Of a stretch of DNA of 64,000 nt, positions 1-13,880 are shown in pieces. A program made the position numbers and the translations under genes. The stretch comes from Lama guanicoe (lineage: Eukaryota), in contig MU053722.1 in the NCBI GenBank assembly GCA_013239625.1, positions 1 through 64,000 on the forward strand. Direction: 5' to 3'. The notes below the pieces were generated by a model. That model was not told the DNA's origin, searched no databases, and saw only the letters and a program-made list of their open reading frames with translations. Positions within the stretch are counted from its first letter, which is position 1. Every line of letters starts with the position of its first letter.

Positions 1-744
1 CAACTTTGATCCCAGCTATTCATTTTCACCCTCCCTTTGTCAAGACTGCAGTGCCCTGGAAAAGTCACACGTCTCTACCAATTAAATAGCCTGTATTATG
101 AGTTTGTTATCTTTTGAGCTCTCACTATCTAGAAACACCAAGGTTTAGCTGGGATCCTTCCTACTCTCCCTGGAGATGCCAAACTGAAGTTTGTCCCCTG
201 TATGCTCAGCAGATGAACCTGACCTGCTTGAGACGTATGTGCCTTTCCTTCAACCCAGAGGCTCCTGGCATTATTTTCCTCAGCCTCACTTTTTAATTTC
301 TCTCCAGTTTCACTCGTCTTTGTTTATGTATTTGACAAAAGGTTATTCCTCTCACACGAACCCTCCCACTTAATATTCCCAACTCCCCCCGTTTCTTCTT
401 CCTCTGGGATGTTCATCTATCCCTCCCTTCATCAATTTCTCCTTCCCTGTTGACTCCTTGCACTCATCCTATAAACTTTTCTGGCTTCTCATGTCAGAAA
501 ACAGATTTTCACTTAGTCTGCCATGAAGGCTGTTCTTTCACATTCCTTACAAACACGTAATTCCAGGCGGAAAAAAGTGATTTACACATAATGCCTCTAC
601 ACCTTCCTCTCGTATTTATCATCTATACCAGCCAGCCCCAAACTCTTTTATATCAAATATAACTTTTTATTATTTTCTGTCAACATGATTTTCACACCAT
701 TGTGAAACAAACAAACTTTTGACATCTTTCACAATTAAGGAACC

Positions 745-875
745 ACCACTGAGTAAATATTATGTACAAGATAATGTGATAAGCACTTTACACATATTAA
801 CTCACTGAATCTTCACAACAACCCTGAGAAGTAAGTTATCTTCGTTTTATGAATCAAGACACTGAGACTTAGTTA
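745..875 (-). mobile_element. MIR SINE fragment
   Basis: AAGCACTTTACACATATTAACTCACTGAATCTTCACAACAACCCTGAGAAGTAAG resembles the MIR core. Confidence 0.75.
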
Positions 876-1299
876 ATTTCTCTCTCCTTTACCTATTTAT
901 GATCTCGGGGTTATTAACTGTCTAAGTAGCCCAGGTACAGGCTGACACTCAACCGTGTGTTAATCAACCTCAATGATTGTTCTTTGACTCATGGTCTAGC
1001 ATCCTTCTGACACTGCTCTGTTGAACGTGACTGGAGACATAACCTCCAGTCGCCTCTTCACCGTTCACATCCCCTTAGAATTTCTATGGGATTTCATTGT
1101 GCTTATTCCTCATACATATTATCTTCCTTTCCATCTAGATATGAACACTCCTGCCTTCATCAATGCCCTTATTTTCACTCCTACATTCTTACACCTCTCC
1201 CACCTTTTCCTCTCTCCCTTACAATTATATAAACATACTCTAATTTCTTCCGTACTAAGAAAACGCAGTCTTTGAATTCTGCCTCCCCTGCATAACCAC

Positions 1300-2110
1300 A
1301 ACCCTACTCTTTTTTATTCCCCTTTGAAATAGAAGTCTACATGTGCTATTTCCACTTACCAGTCTCTCATTGACTCTCCAACCCACTGAAACCTCAGTTC
1401 CACAGTAAGCGCTTCACTAAAACTGCTCTTCCCAAGACCGACAGTCTCTAAGGACAAATCTAATAAAACCTGCTCAGTTCTTCTCCCGCCTGGCCTTTCT
1501 GAATGTTTTGTTGGTGCTTTAAACTCATTAGGCTTAAAAAATGTTCTCATTGTTTCCACCTACCACTCAACTTGCTTTTTCTCTAGGTTTTTCTAATATT
1601 TAAATGTCGATTGCCCCATTTTAGTAGGCTCAGGACTTCAGTTCTCTTCTATACCTCCCTTAAATTCATCCCATCCTTCTACCCAGCTTCCTCATTTCAC
1701 TAGTGATTCTTAACCTTGGATGTGCATTAAATCACCTGAAGAGCTTTCTGAATATTTAAAAACTATTATTTGAAAAAATACCTGTGCCCTGACTCCAATC
1801 CTAGGTCCATTCGGAGAGTCTTAGAGAGCAGGGCTGGGCATGGGTAATTTTACATCTTCAAGTAATTTAAATTGCAACCAGGATTTATACTCATTTTGCA
1901 CATTCTCCTCAGTGTAATAGTCCAAGCTCAGGCCCTCGTCAGGTCTCACCGGGTCATTTCAGTCCCCTCTAATTTCCTTTCAAGTCCACAGTCTCTCTTC
2001 AAGACTTTCAATCACATTTTTGCTAAAATCTGGAAAACACAACTGTGTACTGCCCTGCTCACATAACTTCTAGGAGAAAGTTCAGTCACTTTGTATAACC
2101 GATAAGACCT
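1300..2110 (+). mobile_element. Degraded L2 fragments
   Basis: Pyrimidine-rich L2-like motifs (AACCCACTGAAAC..AAACTGCTCTTCCCAAGA..AAATCTAAT). Confidence 0.55.
1700..1885. mobile_element. MER5-like hAT DNA transposon
   Basis: AGTGATTCTTAACCTTGGATGTGCATTAAATCACCTGAAGAGCTTT..GGGCTGGGCAT..TGCAACCAGGA. Confidence 0.7.
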
Positions 2111-2304
2111 TCAAGAAAAATGTTTGACACAGTGCATACCATTTAGTAATTTGAAATGCAATGAAGTAAGATTTGAAAAAAATCAGAACAAATATGAAAT
2201 ACTTAAGCCTTCTGTGTACCCACTTTTCATTGGTTATACAGTGCCCTGCACATATAGGGCATTGAAAATATATCTACTGAACTGATTTTAAAAGGCTTTT
2301 TTTA

Positions 2305-2935
2305 AAAACTGATATACAGTCAGTTACATTGTGTCAGTTTCTGGTGTGCAGCACAATGTCCCACTTACACATATACATACATATGTTCATTTTCATATTC
2401 TTTTTCATTAAAAGTTATTTCAAGATACTGAACAAAGTTCCCTGTGCTATACAGAAGAAATTTATCTATTTTTATGTATAGTTGGCAACATTTGTAAATC
2501 TCAATCTCTCAAATTTATCCCTTCCCACTCACTTTCCCCAATAACCACAAGCTTGTTTACTATGACTTCAAGTCTGTTTCTGTTTTGTAGATGAGTTCAT
2601 AGTATCCTTTTTTCTTTTTTAAGATTCCATATGTCAGTGATATCATACGTATCTTTCTTTCTCTTTCTAGCTTACTTAGAATGACGATCTCTAGGTGTAT
2701 CCATGTTGCTGCAAATGTAATTTTATTCTTTTTTATGGCTGAGTAGTATTCCATTGTATAAATATATCATGACTTCTTTATCCAGTTACCTGTTGATGGA
2801 CATTTAGGTTGTTTCCATGTCTTGGCTATTGTATACAGTGCTGTTATGAACATTGGGGTGCATGTATCTTTTTGAATTAAAGTTCCCTCTGGATATATAC
2901 CCAGAAGTGGGATTGTTGGATCATATGGTAAGTTT
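2305..2935 (-). mobile_element. LINE-1 3' end fragment
   Basis: Typical L1 3' UTR/ORF2 end; ORF 2560-2754 [27 protein letters not shown]. Confidence 0.9.
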
Positions 2936-2939
2936 TAGG

Positions 2940-4340
2940 TTTTTATTTTAAATTTTGTTTTATTGAATTATAGTCAGTTTACAATGTTCTGTCAATTTTC
3001 AGTGTAGAGCAAAATTTTTCAGTCATACATGAACATACATATTATATTCACTGTCACATTCTTTTTCACGATGAGATACCACAAGATCTTGTATATATTT
3101 CCCTGTGCTATACAGTATAAACTTGTTTATCTATTCTATATATACCTGTCACTATCTACAATTTTCAAACTCCCAGTCTGTCCCTTCCCACCCCCCTCCC
3201 TCTGGCAACCACAAGACATATTCTATGTCTATGAATCTGTTTCTGTTTTATATTTAAGTTCATTTGTTGTCATCCTTTTTTTTTTTTAGATTCCACATAT
3301 GAGTGATCTCATATGTTATTTTTCTTTCTTTATGGCTTACTTCACTTAGGATGACATTCTCCACGGACATCCATGTTGCTGCAAATGGCATTATGTTGTC
3401 ATTTTTATTGCTGAATAGTATTCCATTATACAAATATATCACCTTTTCTTTATCCAGTCATTTGTTGATGGGCATTTAGGCTGTTTTCATGTCTTAGCTA
3501 TTGTAAACAGTGACGCTATGAACATTGGGGTGCAGGTGTATTTTTGAAGTAGGATTCCTTCTTGGTATACACCCAGGAGTGGGATTCCTGGGTCATATGG
3601 TAAGTCTATTCCTGGTCTTTTGAGGACTCTCCATGCTGTTTTCTTGCATTCCTGCATTCCCACCAGCAGTGTAGGAGGGTTCCCCTTTCTCCACAGCCTC
3701 TCCAGCATTTGTCATTTGTGGACTTTTGAATGATGGCCATTCTGATTGGTGTGAGGTGCTACCTCATTGGAGTTTTGATTTGCATTTCTCTGATTAGTGA
3801 TATTGAGCATTTTTTCATGTGCCTATTGATCATTCGTCTTCATTAAAGAATTGCTTGTTTAAGTGTTCTGCCCATTTTTGGATTGGGTTGTTTCTTTTTT
3901 TCTTATTAAGTTGTATGAGCTGCTTATGTATCTAGAGATCAAGCCTTTGTTGGTTTCATTTGCGGAAATTTTCTCCCATTCCGTAGGTTGTCTTTTTGTT
4001 TTCCTTATGGTTTTCTTTGCTGTGCAGAAGCTTGTAAGTTTCATTAGGTCCCATTTGTTTATTCTTGCTTTCATTTCTATTGCTTGGGTAGATTGCCCTA
4101 GGAGAACATTTTTGAGATGTATGTCAGATAATGTTTTGTCTATGTTTTCTTCTAGGAGATTTATTATATCTTGTCTTATGTTTAAGTCTTGATCCATTTT
4201 GAGTTTATTATTGTGTATGGTGTTAGGGAGTGTTCTAGCTTCATTGTTTTACATGCTGCTGTCCAGTTTTCCCTATACCATTTGCTGAAGAGACTGTCTT
4301 TATTCCATTGTATGTTCTTGCCTCGTTTGTCAAAGATTAG
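2940..4340 (-). mobile_element. 5'-truncated LINE-1 (ORF2 C-terminus + 3' UTR)
   Basis: ORF2 remnants (LLEENI..INKWDLMKLTSFCTAKKTI..KRQPTEWEKI; LPYDPGIPLLGVY..TCTPMFIASLFTIAKT); T-rich tail at ~2940. Confidence 0.95.
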
Positions 4341-4830
4341 TTGATTTACAATGTTGTGTTATTTTCAAGTGTACAGCAAAGTGATTCAGTTATGTATGTT
4401 CATATATATATATGAATATATATATATTCTTTCTCAGATTCTTTTCCACTATAGGCTATTGCAAGGTATTGAATATAGGTCCCTGTGCTATACAGTAAGT
4501 CCTTGTTATATATCTATTTTATATGTGTTAATCACAAACTTCTAATTTATCCCTCCCTCATTTCCCCTTTGGTAATCAGTTTGTTTTCTATGTCTGTGAG
4601 TTGTAAGTTCATTTATAACATTTTGTTTTAGATTCCACATGTAAGTGATACATGAAATCTGTCTTTCTTTGTCTTACTTTCTTCACTTAATATGATAATC
4701 TTTAGGCCCATGCATGTTGTTGCAAATGACATTATTTCATTCTTTTTTATGGCTGAGTAACATTCCTATGTATATATATACCATATCTTCTTTGTCCAGT
4801 TATCTGTTGATGGACATTTAGGCTGTTTCT
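4340..4830 (-). mobile_element. LINE-1 3' UTR fragment, different subfamily
   Basis: GTTGATTTACAATGTTGTGTT..GTACAGCAAAGTGATTCAGTTAT..GATGGACATTTAGGCTG. Confidence 0.85.
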
Positions 4831-5719
4831 GGAAGTTCCTAGTTTTCTGTCACATATTTAATTTTTTATATTTCTAAAATATAAAATATAGTTATTTTAT
4901 ACATAAGTATAATGACTCCATTATCTAGAGCTTCTGTGAATCTATTTTTATTCTCTATAATTTTCTTTGCTTTTGGTCATGTTTTTAATTTGCCTCTGGC
5001 TGGTTATTTTTTATTGAGCACTAAATATCCATAAAAATTTCAAGAATAATTTGAGGTACAATATATCATATTAATCTTTGAGAAACTTAATTTCCATCTG
5101 CCCTGTGTTTGAAGAACAGCAGATCTGCACTTTGTCCAATTTCAATAATTAAGATTATTTGATCAAATGGGTTAACCAAGGGTTCCCTTCCATTGTGTTC
5201 TGGACACAAATTTCTGCTGCCTTAGCCCACAATGATGTTAAAACTTTAGCTCAGCTTCCTAACCTATACATGCGCCTCAAAAAAAAAAAAAAAAGATTTA
5301 CAAAACAAGGCTAAAATTTAAAAAAATACTCACACACATATATATATAAATTTGAATCACTTTGCTGTAGACATGAAACATTGTAAATCAACTATACTTC
5401 ACCAAAAAATTAAAATCAAAATTAAAAATTTTTAAGTAAAAACACAGGGCAAAGGGGCATCAACTGCTAGTCTCAAAGCATTGGACTTCTACCATGTCCA
5501 GACCTGGCCTGTATTTCTCCACTATTGTATTAGGTACCTAGTGCCTTTAAACATATGTGCTACATACTTTTTCAAGTGGATGGTTGGCGCAAATTATGTA
5601 GTCTACCGTTACTCAAAGCCTGTATATTGCCTTTGACTATCCAAAGAAATCTTTAACTACCTGAGAACATGGTTACACTGTAACATTTTTGGAAAATTTA
5701 GCATTCCATTTAAATAACT

Positions 5720-6500
5720 ATGAATAGTTTATCACTACCTTCTCTTTGAAACATTTTCTTCACATGGCTATTAGACCGTTCCATTTCTCTCCTGATTATC
5801 CTCCTACTTCAATGTCTTCTACACAGGCTTCTTTAATAGTTTCTCTTTATTTCCTTAGCATTCCAATTTCCCAGGGCTCTGCCTCTTGACTTTTCTTTTA
5901 CGTTTATAACCATTTACTTGATGAGCTCAATCAGTCACATAGCTTTATCTACATACTATGTTTATGTATTTTTGAACATTTCAAATTTATACCTCTAGTC
6001 AGAATTCTCTCTGAGATCTGAGATCAAATTACCTACTATGTATTTCTAAACTTATCCAATTTCCTTCTTAACAGAAACCCAACATGCCTTGAACTGAACT
6101 ACTGTTCTCTTCTTCTCTATCCTTAAACCTGCTTTTCGCACAATCTTTTCCTTCTCAGTTAATGAAAACTCCATCTCCAAGTGAAAACCTTAGCAACACG
6201 ATCAACACCAGTCTCTCTGACAGCTTACATGTGCTGTTTGAGTACATCGTTTTGCCGCTGTTTCGGAAAAATAAAACATCTAGTCCCTTCTTACAATGTC
6301 CACTGCTACTTACCTTGTACAAGCCACCATCATTGCTAACCTGGATTAATGAATTAGGCTTCAATGCTTCAGTCTATTCTCAGCACAACAGCCAGAGTAA
6401 TCGTATCACTCTTTAAAACACTTCAGAGGCTTCCTCTGACACTTACGATATATGTCAAAGTATTTTCAATCACCTACCTCCCTGATCTCAAGTGCTATTT
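5720..6500 (+). mobile_element. Degraded L2
   Basis: L2-like motifs (CTTCTCTTTGAAACATTTTCTTC; CTCTCTGAGATCT..; CTATTCTCAGCACAACAGCCAGAGTAATC). Confidence 0.65.
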
Positions 6501-7371
6501 GTCCTCTTTTTCTAAGCCTCAGCTTCTTTTATTTCATCAAACATTCAACTTGTTTCTAATTCAAACACAGTATCTAATGAATGAAATTCATGAAGATTAA
6601 GAAAAATGATGCATATCTAAGTATCTGACACAACTGCTAGCAAGTAGTAGACAATCATTTTCTTGCTGTTGTTTACCTTTTTCCTACATTATATTTAAAA
6701 GGATCATATTTAGGTCACAGAAGGACACACTATTTTAAGGATATATGTCTCTATATTCTTGATTCTGCCTTCCTAAATGCTTTATCTTGAGTTACTCTAT
6801 AAAATATTGATTAACTTTCTAAAACTGTATGATTTTTCATACTATCTTTTTAACTGAATTAGTTTCCAGCAAAAAAATAAATACTTCCTGTGATTTACAA
6901 ACTTAGCACATAAATGTGTTAGGCTCTCCACTGTGTCTATTTTGTCCTCTTTCAATGTTCCTATTAAAGACAAAAAAAAACTAGTAGCGAGATTGCTGTT
7001 ATAGAATTTGTGATTTCCACTAAGTACCATTTTTTTCAATCCATCTGTAACTATTAAGAGACAGTTATTCATTGACTTGCCCTTGTACAAAGTCCACTAG
7101 CTGACCATGTTTGACCATTAAAAGGGTTTTCTCCAAAGAAGAACATTAGGTAACCATTATGATTATCTCAGCAATATAACAAATTACCTCTGTGAACTTT
7201 TAGTCGACGGTGGCCTTCCAGATTTTATGGACTATACAAGAATTTGACAAGATTATTTGGGCAGGAGTTTTACAAAAGAAACCTTTGAGAGGTCTTAGGT
7301 TAAATTTCACCTAATATTTGATTACTGTGTCATTGGTATTACACAAACAATAGCAGATGAAGTACTCTTCT

Positions 7372-7580
7372 TTTTTCTAAGTATAGTTGATTCACAATGT
7401 TAGTTTCTGGTGTACAGCATGATTCAGTTATATACATAGATTCTTTTTCGTTATAGGTTATAAGGTATTGAATGTAGTTCCCTGTGCTACATATAGTAGA
7501 ACCTTGTTTATCTATTCTATATATAGTAGTTTATATATGCTAATCCCAAACTCCTAATTTACCCTTCTCCCTTTCCCCTA
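7372..7580 (-). mobile_element. Short L1 3' end
   Basis: AAGTATAGTTGATTCACAATGTTAGTTTCTGGTGTACAGC..TTCCCTGTGCTA. Confidence 0.8.
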
Positions 7581-7772
7581 AGGTACTTTCTTAGAGTAAA
7601 CCTCAACTGTATCTCAGAAGAACTATTTCAGTGTGTTCTTTATACTTTATTAATAAATGTTTTACTACCCACAGCATTTGAAAAGTATATTAATAAAATA
7701 CATTTTTCCTTTAAATAATATATCCAAAACGTCAAAGGAAAAATGTATAGCATATTTTTTACTATACAGATT

Positions 7773-8280
7773 TGTGAATGAAAAATATTGCCAGCCATAT
7801 CAGTAAATGAATAATTCTGCGGCTTTCAAGTTATCAGCCACTACTGCCACCCCAGACTGTGAGCAGAGGGAACTCAGGATGCTGACAAGCAGGCAGCCTG
7901 GTCTCTGCAACCACACTCAACAGCGTACCCGAGGGGAACTCTGGATATGGAAAAACAGGACACTGGCCCTAGATGGCTAGCTGCATATCAAAGGAATGAT
8001 TTCAGTGAGGCCACACCTTTACACCTTCCCATACATAGAAAACAACTAAGTTCCTTAACTTGAAATAATCTGGTTTTCTTTAATTAACGTTAACCTTTTG
8101 ATCTTTCAACTAACTGGTCTTTGTTGCAAAAAACTCCTATATATCCTGGCTTCTCCCTTGCCTAGGTGGAAGTCTCTTAGAGTGATCTGAGAGGCTGTGT
8201 CCTGGGCTCAGTCTGAAGAAAGTCCACCAAATAAAACACAACTTTCAACTTACAGGCTGTGCCTTTTATTTCAGTCGACA
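7773..8280 (+). mobile_element. Solo LTR (ERV1-like)
   Basis: TG...CA ends with imperfect terminal inverted repeats (TGTGAATGAAAAATA / TATTTCAGTCGACA). 4-bp TSD GATT (7769-7772, 8281-8284). TATA-like CCTATATAT at ~8137; AATAAA at 8230-8235. Confidence 0.85.
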
Positions 8281-9829
8281 GATTCCAAGATAATATAAAT
8301 CAAACCACTATATATTCTGAATTAGTCACACATCAATGGTAACTGTAGGTTAATAATAGTCATACAACACTGGTTTCATAGAAAAATATTAAAGGCCATT
8401 TTAAAATGAAGTTCATAAGCAAAATAGATATAAATTTTATTTAAACAATGCCATTTTTGTCCCTTTTCCAAGTCCCAATATCATAGAATAAATCAGAATC
8501 TCTCTTGTAACTTTTGAAACTTCTGTAGCTATTCTCATTTCTGAACCATTTTGTAAGACAATATTGAGATTTTTTGCATTTTCCCTAACTTCTTTTGGAA
8601 TATATGGACATGGATATACTACTACAAGTTGTTTGAAACCAAAATGATCAAATTCTTGAAGATTCAGTAAAAACTAAAGCATATTTCTACTTTTCTTGAA
8701 ATTTAATTACTCTACGGAAGAAGATCTAGATGAATGTAGTCCACCATTTTAATGTGTTTAGATATTTCTTGTCCAATCACTAATTATAAGTTATCAATTT
8801 ATTCAATAAGCCTTTTTAAAGAGCTATTAGATGCTGTATATCCAAGAGCAAATCACATTGTTATTATCTTTAACATCCCCTGCAGTCTAGTAAGACAACT
8901 ACCACTAACTGCTATCGCTCCTTATTTGTATGCTACTACTACAAATTTTTCCTTGCGTAACATTTAGCATATGCCAGACAATTTTAAATTCTTTACATGT
9001 ACAATTTTATATGTCATAGCTCATACTATTTACTTGTTAAGAACAATTGTTCTAATTGAGGTGACTGCCCTGTAACAGGTAAAATAGAATACAGCATTTT
9101 AAGTGCTATTCATGAGGAAGGGCTACGACTTTTATTCCCAATGTACATGAAATACAATGTATTAATAAAGTGGATAATCTTATGTTAAAACACCTTATTG
9201 CATACATTTTCACAATCATTTGGTAGAAAAGCTAACGAAAAAACTGAATATTAATATCTTAAAATAATTTATCTCTCACCCTAAACAAAGATGCAAAAAC
9301 GTCTGCTTAATTCTTGGGGAAAAATACAAGGAAGAGAACAGAAATTATTTTTGTGTTTTTTTCCTATTTATTTAACCTTGGCAAAGTTAAGCAGCTACCC
9401 TCTCCCACTGCCCAACTCAACTAACACTTGCCTAATTATCTTAATTATTTCTTGATGCATGTAAATCTTATATTGCTATTATTGTTATTTCAACTATACA
9501 AAGGAAAAATATAAAGTTTTGAGAGGTTGTGTGCCTCATCTGGTGTTACTGAGTTAGTATGTAGTTGAATAAAAACACACATTAAAGAGTCTAGCTCAAG
9601 ATACTGTGTGCTTAACATTACACTGTCTTGACTCCATATTATCAGGTTAATCAATTTCACCTACATGGATTTAAGATAGGAAATTCAGAGGAGCAAGCTT
9701 ATTCATTTTGAATGACCGAGACAAGTAAATGAGTCTACCTGAAAGTGTTAGAGACATAAAATCACATCAACAATTACTAAAAAACAAAACAAAACTATTG
9801 CACTACTAAACTATAACAAAGAAGAAAAG

Positions 9830-10050
9830 ATGAGGCAGTATAGTACAGTAAAAGTCAACAGTGGCCTTTGGAAGTAGACAGCCTGACCTTTGAATGCTCT
9901 CTCTGCTATTTAAAAAGCTGTGTAACCATAGCCAAATCACTCAACCTCTCTGTGCATCAGTTTCTTCATTTTCAAGAGACAATACCTTACAAAAAGGTTG
10001 TAAATAATAAATGTAAATTATGTAGAGCCTCGTGTGTAGCTCTACCTGGA
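9830..10050 (+). mobile_element. MIR SINE
   Basis: GAGGCAGTATAGTACAGT..TGTGTAACCATAGCCAAATCACTCAACCTCTCTGTGCATCAGTTTCTTCAT. Confidence 0.75.
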
Positions 10051-10299
10051 TTATAATTACTGACATTACTATTCATTGTTGCTCAGTACATATTATTACT
10101 TAATGTACAAAGATTATCTTTGTAAAATGAAAAGAAAATGAGTCCTATATAATATACTTAAAAACTTGTTGCTCTATTTATTATAAAAGATTACTTGGGT
10201 TGTGGTCACTAGGTTGTTTTATGTCTTTAATGGAGTCCAGAACTATTCTATTTGGCCAGACTAACAAAAATGCTTATGCATCTCCTTAGTATCCTTTAT

Positions 10300-11010
10300 C
10301 AGTTTGAGAGATTTCATCATGAAAGAAGATTGAATTTTGACAAATTCTTTTCAAGTTCCTCTCAAGGCAATCATATGGCTTTTCTTCTTTAGTCTGTGAA
10401 TATAGTGAATTACACTGAATGATTTTTGTGTTACCAGAATAATCCTCAATTGGTCATGATACATTAATCTTTTAATATATTATTGGATTTGATACGTTAA
10501 CTTCGTGTGAAGTACTTTTGTAGCTAGATCCACAGATTTTGTTCTTTCATAGTTTTCTGGTTTCTGGTTTTGTTTTGTAGACATCTTCATCTAAATCAGT
10601 TATCAGCGTTAACACTGGTCTTATAAAATTCATTTTGTAGTATTCTTTCCTTTTCAATTTTCTAGAAGTATTTGTGTAGAATTGGTATTAATCATTTCTT
10701 AAACATTTGGTATAATCATCCATGAAGTAATCCAGGGGTAGAATTCTTTCTATGGAAAGTTTTTTTCTCCCCCCTATGAAACCAATTTCTTTAACAGATA
10801 ATAGGACTATTCAGTATATCTATTTTTTTCTTGAGAGAGCTTTGGTAATTTTTGTCTTTCAAGGTATTTTTCTAGTTTATTTAATTAATCAGATATCCTA
10901 GATGGCTGTTAATAATATTCTCTTTTTATTCTCATTGTGTATGTAGGATCTGCATTAATCTCACCTCTGTCATTTCTGATATTGAGGACTTGTATCTTTT
11001 TCTTTCCTAA
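10300..11010 (-). mobile_element. Old L1M ORF2 fragment
   Basis: Antisense L1 ORF2-like text (ATAGTGAATTACACTGA..GAATTGGTATTA..ATAGGACTATTCAG). Confidence 0.7.
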
Positions 11011-11099
11011 ATGTATTGGTCATTTATTTGTCTTATTCTTTTTCTCTATCATTTCCTGTATGCAAATATTTATAGCCAACATATATATCATATAAAATA

Positions 11100-11570
11100 T
11101 CTAAATACATACAATGGCCTAAAACAGAAAACAACAAAATGTCCACTAACAGTTGAATGAGTAAACAAACTGTGGAATATCCATACAATAAAACACTAGT
11201 CAGCAATTACTTTTGATATCTCCAAACACAAGGATGAGTCAGAATAATTATGCTGAATGAAAGAAGTCAGAACAAAAAGATATATATTGCAATGATTCCA
11301 TTTGCTTAAAAAAACAAAAATCTGGAAAAAAGAAACTATCCACAGAGACAGAGAGCAATTCAGTGTTTTCCTGAAGATAAAAGGTAGGGAGATGTGGATT
11401 TAAAAGGGACACAAGAAAACTCTTTGGAGTGACTACTATGCTTCCATATTGATTATGGCAATGGTTTCTTAGGTATATATGTATTTATGAAAATTCATCA
11501 AGCTGCACAGTTTAAATTGTGTAGTTTATTGTAAATCAATTATACCTCAAAAAAGCTGTAAAATAAAATA
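11100..11570 (+). mobile_element. Old L1M 3' end
   Basis: AAATGTCCACTAACAGTTGAATGAGTAAACAAACTGTGGAATATCCATACAAT..ATTATGCTGAATGAAAGAAGTCAG..AATTATACCTCAA. Confidence 0.8.
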
Positions 11571-13880
11571 GCCAAGTATGACAGCTTCATGTGATTTAGC
11601 CTAATATCTTCTCCATTTCACAGAAAAATAACCAGAAAGATCAAAATATAAAATAATTTTCTAAAGCCACAAAGCTAGTAAGTTACAGGGACAGGACTGA
11701 AAACCACAGACTATGTCTCCAGAGCCTAAATACTTACACACTGTTTAATAGTGCCTCTTAATGTGTGTGTGTTTTAAAGTTGTATTTCCTATACTATCCT
11801 TCTTTTTCAGTTTTTTATATATTACTTGCTAGCATTCAAGATAAACATATTTATATTTAAATCAATAATTCAATTTTACTTTCTTTCTATTAATGGTGCT
11901 TTGAAAACCATATCATACTATTTTCATTCTACTGAAGGTACATGATGGCTCAAATAACTTTTTATGTATTTACTTAAGGGCATAAATCCCTAAGCAAGCT
12001 CATAAATCAACATATGTACCTATGCAACAAAATTTGATTGTTATTTACAGGTAATGTCTGTGAGGGGAAATTGTCCTCCAGTTGGTAAGCACCTATTATC
12101 ATGTACTCTTTCTCGCAGATGTTGTTCACATATAACAATAAGGGAGTTGCAGCCCTCCTCCCCAGTGCTTCACCGAGAGTTGGGGCCTATCCTTATCATA
12201 GTATTTATCCCACTTTGCTATAATTAGTGATGTATTAGACAATTCCTTTTACTGATTAGACAAAAGTCCCTTTTAGTACAATTAATTAATGTAAAAGATG
12301 CATATTTTAGAAAGAAAGTTCTTGTAGATTAAGAGTAAACATTACTAAGTCAAGCCAATAATCTGCTCCAGCTGAATATGAGAACTATCAAAATCTGAAC
12401 TTAACTTCAGAAGATGAAAAGATCAGGTTCAGCAGCATGATGGATCTGCAAACTGGAAAGATACTTGTCTAGTCTCAAGTTCAGTAACAAAAAATTGAAA
12501 ATGTTTTAAAGAACAATCTTGCATTGAGTTTACTAACCACACATATATGCATTCTGCATATAGTGCTGCTAGACAATAGACCTTTAAAATTACATAGAAT
12601 TTTTAGGCAATAACTTGAAGGTTTCCACACATGTGCATAGTACAACTTTTACATACAAATGTAACTTGGAAAACATTGCACATCTTAATTTTTCTCTAAT
12701 ATAAAACAACTGCTTAGAGAAGTGATAAAAGTGTTATACTTCAGAATTCCTCAGGGTAATATATACCCATATATCATAAGATTTACAAGTCTTACATGAT
12801 AGCATCACATGGAAAGAGAATTAAAAATCTTGAAATTATCAGTTTTATTAAAAAACAAAAGTATTACTCCTTCAGACATGGGAATTTGATGTTATGATTA
12901 ACCATCTGCAATCATTCTCACCATCTTATTTAACTACCCTTTCCTTTAAACCAACTTAAGTCTTATTTTCCCCTCACTTTGTCTTTTCTCTTAATTAATA
13001 CCCAATCCCTATGGGGACACAACCCCAAAGTACTCTGCTTATAAAGCTTCCAAATTATCACATGTAATTTTAATTACGATTAACTACCGTGGGTAAAACA
13101 TTCATTACAAAGGGAATATAATAATCCAGTTACACTTACAAAACTCTTTTTGGCTCAGGTATTTACCTGTCACCCTGGATTTTATTTCTAAAGCCTAGTT
13201 ACCTAGCAAAATACTCCTAAGTAATTTCAGCAATTTTCTGTGAACATGAGAGAAGTAAGAAACTCCTAATACCAGCTCTCTAATCTGCTGCTTATTCTCT
13301 ATCCCCAGCTGCCCTTTAATCATTTACAGTTAATATAATTACGTGTTTATTGTGAATGTATATGAAGAACTACAAATAAAATAAATGTTACATTTGAAGG
13401 TGAAGGGGGAAAATCATCTCTTGGAAATTTTCAAAGTAATTATTTAAGAATTATTTTCACAGCTATTAGACCCTAAAGTGTGATGTAGCTAGAAAATAAG
13501 CAGATTTGGGGGGGAGATTTATTGATGAGAACTCTTGGATATGAGCTCTCGCAGTCTGTGAGCACTGCAGAGAGGTGAAGTCTGCCCATCCCCAAAAGGG
13601 TGGTGAAATGATGTCCTGGGAGCCCTTGTAGGGGAAGACAAGGAGAACTTGGCCCTGTCTCAGGCTAGCACAAGGTCAAGTGCACTGTGGAAGCCTGACA
13701 GAAACAGCTGCATGAGGCAGGCTTGCATTTCCAGTATTCATAAACATGAGGCTTATGTCAGGATTTCCTATAAACCAGATTCAGCCACACAGGAGAGAAA
13801 GAAACTGTGTGCGTATAGGTTGGAGTTTCCCATCACCCCTTCTTCAGGTTGGATTCATTTGCAGAACAACTCACAGAACT

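Noticed and set aside
8400..8900. Possible decayed coding sequence
   Set aside because: No frame or motif I could recognise; would need BLASTX or Dfam.
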